The position numbers were made by a program, and so were the translations under genes. DNA of 64,000 nt. Origin: an uncultured bacterium. GTDB lineage: Bacteria; CSSED10-310; CALFER01. Within the stretch, counting starts at the first letter, position 1. The number at the start of each line of letters is the position of its first letter. The stretch covers positions 67,029 to 131,028 of the forward strand of contig CALFER010000038.1 of NCBI GenBank assembly GCA_937951895.1, written 5' to 3'. Below the pieces are notes generated by a model. The model saw only the letters and a list, made by a program, of their open reading frames with translations, had not been told where the DNA came from and did no database searches. This document shows, one piece after another, positions 46,220 to 53,908 of the stretch.

Positions 46220-47676
46220 CGCCCACCCTCCGATTCCGGAATCAGAATGCCGGTTCGAAGTCTTCCGCCACGAACGGCGGGATCACCGTCATATCCCAGC
46301 GATTCCCAGTTCAGTCGACCTCCCTGCCCGTGGCAATCCTTGCACGCCAATGCCTGTCGGGATGTCACGACCATATGATTGATCGGCCAGAACATTTCCG
46401 TGGACGCAAACCCGAAGGAACCACTGTAGTCCAGTCCGGTGGCCTGACTGCCCAGCCGGGCCGCCTTGTCCCAGTCGAACTCCGTCCAGTAACCCCCCGG
46501 ACCGTACGTTTTCGGAATGATGAAGTAGCGGTTTTTCAGATCGTAGATCTGTTTTCCCCGATGCACTTTAAATGGCCAGATCCGGGCAGTCGCGTCATGA
46601 ATGCTCCCCAGAGGTCGTGCCATCGCGGTCACCCCCTCCGGATCGATGGTCTCACCGAGCAGGTAGTGGTCTGCCGTGCCGTTAAACCAGGCATACTCCG
46701 GTGCGATGTTGACCGCGTACTGAAATTCGCCCTTGATTGCCGTGTATTGATGCGGATCCCCAATGCGTTTCTCGCGCTCCTTGTCCCCCGCCTGCGACCA
46801 GTCCCAGACCATCTTGGTCGCCTCTTCCGGTGCAATTCGAGGAATGTGGCAGGTCTGACAGGCCACTGCCGATCCATGCGCATTGAGTCTCATGTCCTTA
46901 TGCGGCCGGGGCGCATGACACAGCGTGCAATCGAAGCGGTTTTTTGCATCGATGCTGACCGAGATCAAACGGCCGGGAATGAGGTGATTCTTCGTCTGGT
47001 GACAATCGATGCATTCGAGTTTATGTCGTGACATGTGGATATCGATCCGTTCGCGGGGGTTGAGCAGGCTGCCGTCCATGTCGCCATGCTTGACGGCGTC
47101 TCCACCACCGCCGGCAAAATGGCAGTATCCGCAATTCGCGCGTTTCGGATATCCGACACTCCTGGCAACAGCGAGCAGATCCACTTTCGGATCAGGGCGT
47201 CCGGCTCCATTGGGATCTTTGTTGTACGTCGTCGTCCAATCATGGCAGACCAGACAATCCACATTGTCCTGCTTCGAAAAATCGAACGTGTCATCTTCCC
47301 AACCGTATCCCGCATGGCATTGTGTACAGCGAACCCAGTTCGACTGGATGCCGATGCAGTAATTGTTCATGAGATTTTTCTTGCCGATATGGACCGGCTG
47401 GTCATGCCCGGGAGCCAGAACCGCTTCATCACCGACCCAGTTCCAATGAGCGGTTTTCATGAGATCCGAGGCAGCGGATTTGTGACATTCCAGACATGCG
47501 CGGGTGACGGACGAGCCATCCGGAAACGGTTGTGAGAAAAACGTCGAATGATCGGTGTGAGAACGCGGTTTTGGAACTTTGGCGCGTGGGTTGTCGCGGA
47601 TCGCCGATTCGACTTCATCCGAGACCAGGCATAAACATACGAGTAGAGACAGCATCAACTTGAATTTAATGAGCAT
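46216..47676 (-). CDS. Octaheme c-type cytochrome (OTR/HAO-like multiheme family)
   Basis: Signal peptide MLIKFKLMLSLLVCLCLV. Eight CXXCH motifs (CLECH, CTQCH, CLVCH, CGYCH, CIDCH, CTLCH, CQTCH, CKDCH) in about 480 aa. AGGGAG RBS. Start/stop overlaps the heptaheme gene (46216-46219). Confidence 0.8.
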   Translation of the reverse strand: MLIKFKLMLSLLVCLCLVSDEVESAIRDNPRAKVPKPRSHTDHSTFFSQPFPDGSSVTRACLECHKSAASDLMKTAHWNWVGDEAVLAPGHDQPVHIGKKNLMNNYCIGIQSNWVRCTQCHAGYGWEDDTFDFSKQDNVDCLVCHDWTTTYNKDPNGAGRPDPKVDLLAVARSVGYPKRANCGYCHFAGGGGDAVKHGDMDGSLLNPRERIDIHMSRHKLECIDCHQTKNHLIPGRLISVSIDAKNRFDCTLCHAPRPHKDMRLNAHGSAVACQTCHIPRIAPEEATKMVWDWSQAGDKEREKRIGDPHQYTAIKGEFQYAVNIAPEYAWFNGTADHYLLGETIDPEGVTAMARPLGSIHDATARIWPFKVHRGKQIYDLKNRYFIIPKTYGPGGYWTEFDWDKAARLGSQATGLDYSGSFGFASTEMFWPINHMVVTSRQALACKDCHGQGGRLNWESLGYDGDPAVRGGRLRTGILIPESEGGR

Positions 47677-47773
47677 CCCGATACTCCCTGTAAACCGGAT
47701 GGTAAAACACACAAAGCCCCTCTGTCAGATCTCGTTCGCGTGCAAAGGTTACAGAACTCCTGTGACAGGCTCT

Positions 47774-49465
47774 TCAGTTCAGGGAGAAGTCGAATGTCGC
47801 AACGTCACTGATCAACGCATCGATTCCGAGCAATCCCGGGGTGAACAGAGCGGCATAAAAATGCATGGGACCGAATGGGGACACCGCCGGCATGATGAAG
47901 TCTGGAATAATCGTTTTCGAGGAAACCCCTGCCGGGATCGAGATCGTTTCATGCGACAGTCCGTTTCCGATCGCCTGCCACGCGGGATAACTGAAAAACT
48001 GCCCCGCGACATCGAGCAGTACATACAGGTCCGCCGTCATCATCCCTCCCGGATTCTGCATCCCCAGCGTCAATCCGCACGGATCACCTTCACCGAAAGC
48101 CGTCGCCGGCATTTCCAGTTCGATATCGACAAGTCCTCCACCCCCCTGCGGCATCCTGAGACTCATCAGGAACATATCGACAACACCGGGATCGATTCCC
48201 CAATTCTCGGCCCACACCACCCGACTCCCGTCCCGCGTGATCGAGGCATGGGTCTCCTCCCAGTATTCAGCCGTCGTGTTGGGTGTTTTCGCCAGATAAA
48301 CGACTCGGGCGGCGGCGTCGTCGAGCGTCACGAGAACGATCGAGCGATCGAGCCAGTTTTTCTCGGGCAGAAAAGGCTGTATATACGTCGAAACAACGGC
48401 ATATCCCGCGTGATTGCACGAAACATGGACGCCCGATTGAAGTCCGTACGGCGAGCCGAAGTCGTAAAACAGACGGATGAGGGGAGTACGATTCGTCCCC
48501 TCGTAACTGCCTCCCGCTTCGAGGATCGGCTGAGTCGTGAAATCGATCGGGATCATGTCGATGAAATCCGTGTTGATGTTCTGCATGACGATCACCTCAC
48601 GCCCCTGCGCATCGAGTCCGACATCCGAATGCGCCGTCGCGTAATCCAGCCGGTGAAACTGCGTCAGATCGCGTGTCGCCATGACCAATCCCGCGAGAGG
48701 TCCCCCGTTGTTGTAATCGGATCCGATCAGAAGATAGTTGCCGTGCCATGACATGCCGACCCAGTCGATCAACCGTTCGTTTTCCTGAAGCGTGCGCACG
48801 CCGAGTGTCGATGCAGTCAAACGATCCCAGCAGAATACATACAGGGGTTCGTAGTCTTCCTGCACATCGCCCTGCAGCATCAAACCCCAGTACCGCATGT
48901 CGACGGACGGTTCACCCTCGTCTTTGCATGTGATCCGATAGACATTCGATGACGCGATCAGAGGGCCGATGATCGGATCCTGCGTGAAATCCACGATGAT
49001 CGTCAGATCACCGGTCGTCACGTCGAGCGTCACGATGCTGAAATCGCTGAATCCCCACAACAGATTTGCATTGGAGGGGTCCCAGCGCGGCTCGGACAGT
49101 GAGGGTTGGATCACGAGATTCGCGGTTGTATTGAAGGGGATCGAAGCCGTCGAGTAGACGTCCCAGCCATCCGATGGATCGAGCAGAATCCTGGACTGGT
49201 CGACGTTGAACGGATCGAATCGGGAGTATTCATGCCGCGAATGGGAGTAATCGCGCGTGGTGGCCTTGAACAGAATCGTCCCGAAGGACGGCTCGAAATA
49301 CTCGACGCCGGGATCCGGTTCGGCCAGGGGCACGAGCGGATATCTCGGGTTGTTGCCCGACAGGGGATCCGGAACTTCAGTGAACGCATAGTCCGGCGCA
49401 TACTCCAGCGCGAGCGTGACCGGAACAGCGATGAATACAATGCTCAGCACGATTGATCTCATCAT
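47774..49465 (-). CDS. Secreted repeat (probable beta-propeller-type) protein, paralog 3, with conserved C-terminal domain
   Basis: GGAGGA RBS then ATGATG at 49465. Signal peptide MMRSIVLSIVFIAVPVTLA. C-terminal ...DLYVLLDVAGQFFSYPAWQ...MHFYAALFTPGLLGIDALI. Confidence 0.7.
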   Translation of the reverse strand: MMRSIVLSIVFIAVPVTLALEYAPDYAFTEVPDPLSGNNPRYPLVPLAEPDPGVEYFEPSFGTILFKATTRDYSHSRHEYSRFDPFNVDQSRILLDPSDGWDVYSTASIPFNTTANLVIQPSLSEPRWDPSNANLLWGFSDFSIVTLDVTTGDLTIIVDFTQDPIIGPLIASSNVYRITCKDEGEPSVDMRYWGLMLQGDVQEDYEPLYVFCWDRLTASTLGVRTLQENERLIDWVGMSWHGNYLLIGSDYNNGGPLAGLVMATRDLTQFHRLDYATAHSDVGLDAQGREVIVMQNINTDFIDMIPIDFTTQPILEAGGSYEGTNRTPLIRLFYDFGSPYGLQSGVHVSCNHAGYAVVSTYIQPFLPEKNWLDRSIVLVTLDDAAARVVYLAKTPNTTAEYWEETHASITRDGSRVVWAENWGIDPGVVDMFLMSLRMPQGGGGLVDIELEMPATAFGEGDPCGLTLGMQNPGGMMTADLYVLLDVAGQFFSYPAWQAIGNGLSHETISIPAGVSSKTIIPDFIMPAVSPFGPMHFYAALFTPGLLGIDALISDVATFDFSLN

Positions 49466-49610
49466 GCGGGTTTCCTCCATCCTGCCGGCCGATCGGTGAA
49501 TCCGGCCGGGACAATCGGTGTCAATTTCAGTATAATAAAATATGCGGTTCCGAGTCGAACACACCACCGGATCCATTGACATACATTCACACCCCTCAAC
49601 GGAGGAACTC
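49466..49610. promoter_or_regulatory. Divergent intergenic promoter region between paralog 3 and the acid phosphatase gene
   Basis: 145-bp non-coding spacer between divergently oriented genes. Both genes have GGAGGA RBSs at the spacer edges. Confidence 0.3.
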
Positions 49611-50441
49611 ATGAATCATGATTGGACACGGTCGATCGTCATCGCGCTGAGCCTGTGTGTATGCATCCTGCCTCATCCGGCATTCTCGATCGAAACGCCC
49701 TCTCCGACCTCTTCGCCCTTTCCCGACTCCGCGACGCTCAACGCCGTTGCCTGGGTGCAAACTTCGGCGGAATACACAGGCCTGGCGATCGGCGCATTTC
49801 ACCTCGCACAGGAGCGTCTGACAGAAGCGCTCGCGAATCCGGATCGATCCTGGTCGGCGGCTGTGGAGCAACCCACGCCGGACACGGCCCTGCCGCCTGT
49901 GGTGATTGTGGATCTCGACGAGACCCTCCTGGACAACTCGGCGTTTGAAGCGCAGGTGATTATCGATCAGGTTCGCAGAGTTCATATGCAGCGCAAGGAG
50001 TTTGTGGATCTCGGGGGGTCGCGACTCGTTCCGGGCGCACTTGACTTTATCAGATCCACCTTGAACGCAGGGGTCCGGATCGTGGCGATAACGAACCGGC
50101 GTCTTCCGGAGAAGGATCACACGCTCGCCAACCTGATCGCGCTCGGTATCCCGGCCGACGATCCGGCACGTTTCGAGGTGATGTTCCGGAATGATTCCGT
50201 CGGCTGGACACGCGACAAGACGTCGCGGCGCGCGGAGGTTGCCCGAACCCACCGCATCGTGCTCATGATCGGCGATCAGATCGGCGATTTTATATCCGCC
50301 GAGGGACTGGACAATGCGCGGGAGCGTGAGTTGGCCCGGACACATGCTGCCCGCTGGGGGGTGCACTGGATCCTGCTGCCCAATCCGATCTACGGTGACT
50401 GGTCGAGGGATGCGCGGACGTTGATTCGCGGATACAAATAA
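49611..50441 (+). CDS. HAD-superfamily class B acid phosphatase / lipoprotein e(P4)-family 5'-nucleotidase
   Basis: GGAGGA RBS then ATG at 49611. Signal/lipobox-like N-terminus ...ALSLCVCILP. HAD motif I VVIVDLDETLLDN. Motifs III/IV ...ITNR...MIGDQIGDF. Confidence 0.8.
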   Translation: MNHDWTRSIVIALSLCVCILPHPAFSIETPSPTSSPFPDSATLNAVAWVQTSAEYTGLAIGAFHLAQERLTEALANPDRSWSAAVEQPTPDTALPPVVIVDLDETLLDNSAFEAQVIIDQVRRVHMQRKEFVDLGGSRLVPGALDFIRSTLNAGVRIVAITNRRLPEKDHTLANLIALGIPADDPARFEVMFRNDSVGWTRDKTSRRAEVARTHRIVLMIGDQIGDFISAEGLDNARERELARTHAARWGVHWILLPNPIYGDWSRDARTLIRGYK

Positions 50442-50501
50442 AGCCCATCCGTTCGATCGCCGTGAGCGCCCTGCGGTGAGGTGGCCTGGGATGACTCGGG
50501 T

Positions 50502-51491
50502 TCATCCGGCCAGCATGCGATCGATTCGGTACATCCAGCGCCGCGCGACACCCCCATTGAGCATGCACCCTGCCAGTGCATAAAAGGCGGGGTATCCCGA
50601 TTCGGATGTGTGATAGCAGCCGACGCATTCCGGAAGGGAATCGAACGAGACATCCCGGTGAAGTTGCCGGAGTCCACGCATTGTATCGTTGTTCCAGAGT
50701 TCGTCGAGAGAATGTTCGCGAAGAGATCCCAGAGGAAGACGATCGAGCGTGCAGCAGGGAAACACGGTTGCATCCGCTCGAATGTATGCGGGACCATGCC
50801 AGAGAACCGGGCAGGGGCGGCGACGGAGCGAGGACGCGATACTGTTTTCCGGTCGATCCGCGACGGTGCATCTCCGAACTGAGATCCCATCTGGATTCAG
50901 AGATCGAACAAATTTTCGGTACTCGGCGTCCCGGTGATGCATCTCCGGCCATCGGATCATCTGCATCACCACTTTTGTGCCTTTCCCGGCCTCCCGGGCA
51001 GCACCAATCAGTTCGCGACCGGTCCGGACGACATCGTCAAAACGGGCACCCAATCGGTATTTTTCATAGATTTCGGGAATGTGGGAATCCATGGCGATGA
51101 CCAGCAGATCAGGTCCGGCTTCCATGACTGCCTGCGCCGCCAGAGAATAGGGGAAGGCGGCATTCGTGGTAACGTCGGTCGTAATCCCGTGCGACCTGCA
51201 CCGATTGATCGCATCCGGAAGATGGGGCCACAGGAATGGTTCTCCCCATCCGAACAGAAACACCATTTCAACATCGTTCCCGCACCTGTCCAGAATCGAC
51301 AGACACACATCCCGATCCATGTGCATCGGTTGCGTGATGAATTCGGATCGCCTGCAGTTCGGACACCGCAGATTGCAGTGCGACGTCACCTCCAGCAGAA
51401 CTTCCGAGGGACCGACACGCATCTGGTTCGATTGCTTCAACCAGCCGCAAACACGCTCAAAGCGCTGCTTCATTCTGACGGCCGTGTGCAT
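50502..51491 (-). CDS. Radical SAM enzyme with SPASM-like C-terminal domain
   Basis: CNLRCPNC (CxxxCxxC) near the N-terminus. C-terminal Cys-rich ...ATVFPCCTLDRLPLG...ECVGC. Confidence 0.75.
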   Translation of the reverse strand: MHTAVRMKQRFERVCGWLKQSNQMRVGPSEVLLEVTSHCNLRCPNCRRSEFITQPMHMDRDVCLSILDRCGNDVEMVFLFGWGEPFLWPHLPDAINRCRSHGITTDVTTNAAFPYSLAAQAVMEAGPDLLVIAMDSHIPEIYEKYRLGARFDDVVRTGRELIGAAREAGKGTKVVMQMIRWPEMHHRDAEYRKFVRSLNPDGISVRRCTVADRPENSIASSLRRRPCPVLWHGPAYIRADATVFPCCTLDRLPLGSLREHSLDELWNNDTMRGLRQLHRDVSFDSLPECVGCYHTSESGYPAFYALAGCMLNGGVARRWMYRIDRMLAG

Positions 51492-52288
51492 GGCTTCTCC
51501 CTCGCAACGAAATCCGACAACGAGCCGGCAATGAGACCGGCCAGAACGGAATCTCCTTTTGCATTCAGATGATAGGCATTCGAATACAGGTCTTTGTTTT
51601 CGGTGTAATCGGGAATCGCGGGGTCCGGGTCGATCAGGTGTACCGATGGCTGCGGGTTTCGCTTCAAACGCTCACGTAAAGCCGCTCGGTATCGGGAAAC
51701 CGGATCCTGCGTCCTGTCCTCATAGAGAAGCTTTCTCATGGAGCGAAGGAGGTGCTCGACCCGCGATAATTTCGGCTCTGTTCCCTGACCGAACCGCGCA
51801 ATTTCAACGATGCAGGTCCTGATATCCCAATCCGCCGTTTCAGCCGCCAGCCGGAGCATCTCCGTCGCGTATCGTTCGGGTCCGCGATGTTCCAACACAT
51901 CGTTCACTCCACCGATGACGACGATCAGGCGAATTTCCGGGTTCGACAGCAATCCGAGCGGGCCGCCGGTTCGGGGATCCTGCCGGAACAGTTCCTCACG
52001 GATCCGCCGGCTGTCCGCGCCTCTGAATCCCTCACTGCGGCATTCCACCTCGATTCCAAGCTTCTCGAAAGCAGCCCGGAGAGGAGTCTCCAGACGACCG
52101 TCCGCAACCCAACTGTCTCCAACCAATCCGATGTATCTCGTATGGGTTTCCCGATCCGGTACCGGTCCGGCCGGACGACTCGGAGGCATGTGATCCCGAT
52201 CGTCGGCATGCGGAACGAAGCCGTACAGCAAGACGAAGCCCGCGGCAACAGCACCGGCAAGAATCGTACACGGTCGGATTCGCGACAT
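51470..52288 (-). CDS. SGNH/GDSL-family hydrolase, secreted
   Basis: Signal peptide ILAGAVAAGFVLLYG. Block I GDSW. LIVVIGGVNDV (block III). C-terminal D..H (AYHLNAKGDSVLAG). The track ORF is longer. Start chosen at MSRIRP (52288). Confidence 0.6.
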   Translation of the reverse strand: MSRIRPCTILAGAVAAGFVLLYGFVPHADDRDHMPPSRPAGPVPDRETHTRYIGLVGDSWVADGRLETPLRAAFEKLGIEVECRSEGFRGADSRRIREELFRQDPRTGGPLGLLSNPEIRLIVVIGGVNDVLEHRGPERYATEMLRLAAETADWDIRTCIVEIARFGQGTEPKLSRVEHLLRSMRKLLYEDRTQDPVSRYRAALRERLKRNPQPSVHLIDPDPAIPDYTENKDLYSNAYHLNAKGDSVLAGLIAGSLSDFVAREKPCTRPSE

Positions 52289-52446
52289 AAAAATTAACCG
52301 CAACCCCCTACCGACACGAAACAAAACGCTCAAACCAAGCCGATCATATATCATTCCGATGCAACCGACCACCGATTTCTTTTGATCAATCGCTAAATTA
52401 TCTTCATTGACCCGACAGGCTCAATCGTGTCACTCGAACCGGATCT

Positions 52447-53115
52447 TCACATATCGATACACAGACTTGCAATCTCGTGTATACCGCGCGGCGACAACGC
52501 GTAAATCCCATCCCCCAGCCGGTCGAACCAGCCATACACATTTCGATACAACGTTGTCCTGACATCCGTTTCCTCGAGCGCTTTCGCGATGTGCGCCGCC
52601 TTGGACGGGCCCTGTTCCCTGAGAAACAACGCGATCCGGATCGCCCGCTGCCGGTACGCCGTCATCATCACCTTCCTCCGTCCGCTTCCTCCGGGTATCG
52701 GATCACCCTGTCTTCGCTGGAATTCCCCCAGCATTTTGAGACGTCGGCCGCTGTGTATTCTCGGTTGGTACTGACCCGGATCGATCACGACGTCGGCCCG
52801 GCTGCGTTTCGAGTTACACAGGACGAGAATCAGCCCGATTCCGAGCATCCGGAGCAGTTTGACGATGTGACGCCGACGTTTTCGGAATGCCTTGCATGTC
52901 GAGGGGATGCCGATGTAAACGAGACTGGAGATACTGAGGCGGTTGACGGCCTGGAGGACGACATCGAGACTGAATGCGAGTTTCAGTTCGACCACGACCG
53001 GTTCGTCACCGGTCCGGACCGCCAGCACATCGCATTCGCCGATCTCGCCTTTGACGGCATAGCCCTGGCTCTCGAGCAACCGTTTGACGGGATGATAGAG
53101 GTCGACTTCCTTCAT
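52447..53115 (-). CDS. Conserved hypothetical protein (DUF2161-like N-terminus)
   Basis: N-terminus MKEVDLYHPVKRLLESQGYAVKGEIGECDVLAVRTGDEPVVVELK resembles the DUF2161 family start. The assignment is from memory of the family consensus and is uncertain. Confidence 0.45.
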   Translation of the reverse strand: MKEVDLYHPVKRLLESQGYAVKGEIGECDVLAVRTGDEPVVVELKLAFSLDVVLQAVNRLSISSLVYIGIPSTCKAFRKRRRHIVKLLRMLGIGLILVLCNSKRSRADVVIDPGQYQPRIHSGRRLKMLGEFQRRQGDPIPGGSGRRKVMMTAYRQRAIRIALFLREQGPSKAAHIAKALEETDVRTTLYRNVYGWFDRLGDGIYALSPRGIHEIASLCIDM

Positions 53116-53134
53116 GAGTGCAGTCAGGGGATCG

Positions 53135-53875
53135 TCACGCCGGCAGTTTGCGGCCCAGTGCGGCGAGATACAGCGTGAACATCGTGTCACCGTCCGCTCC
53201 GATGATCCGGTCGACTGCGTCATCATCGAACGCAGCGATCGCACAGGCGCCGCACCCCGTCGACTCCGCCGCGAGATACAGATTCTGGCAGATGTGGCCG
53301 GCATCGAGATGCAGATAACGATATCCGCGTTCTCCGTATCGCCAGGCCATCCGGTAGGGAATCGCCATCCAGACGAATGTGACGGCGCAATCCAGGATCA
53401 TCGTTTGTCCGAGGCAGGCGTCGGTCAACTGCCGCGCCATGTCGGGTTTCGCGCCAACGAGTCCGAGTTCATGAGATCGTGCGATGTAGCGATAAAGACC
53501 CGGTTGTACCCGGTCGACCCGGTTGATCAGCAGGAATGTTTCTATGGCATGCCTGGCACCCGCGGACGGCACGGTCCGCAAGGTGTACTTGGGATGTGAT
53601 TGCTTGATTCCGTGGGAACTCCACAACAGATAGGAGAGTTCATCGAGGGAGATCGATTCGTCCTGATACTCACGCACACTCAACCGCTGTTCGATCAGCT
53701 TCGTCAGGTCGGTCTGCGCCGGAACGAAGCGCCGGGGATCCGGAAGCGTGATCCGTGTCATGCCATCCGGCACGGGCAGTTCCACCGGGGGTTGTTCGAG
53801 GCCTCGGGTCTGATCCGATTCACTCATGTTGACGTATTTCGTCATTTCGATGAAAGTCTGTCCCGTTGTTCTCAT
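53135..53875 (-). CDS. SagB-type dehydrogenase / nitroreductase-superfamily protein
   Basis: ...RLSVREYQDESISLDELSYLLWSSHGI...RTVPSAGARHAIETFLLI...GLYRY... is typical of SagB/ThcOx-type nitroreductase-fold dehydrogenases. Confidence 0.7.
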   Translation of the reverse strand: MRTTGQTFIEMTKYVNMSESDQTRGLEQPPVELPVPDGMTRITLPDPRRFVPAQTDLTKLIEQRLSVREYQDESISLDELSYLLWSSHGIKQSHPKYTLRTVPSAGARHAIETFLLINRVDRVQPGLYRYIARSHELGLVGAKPDMARQLTDACLGQTMILDCAVTFVWMAIPYRMAWRYGERGYRYLHLDAGHICQNLYLAAESTGCGACAIAAFDDDAVDRIIGADGDTMFTLYLAALGRKLPA

Positions 53876-53908
53876 GAATCCTCCACCATCCGGCGCTCGA
53901 ATCCTGAC

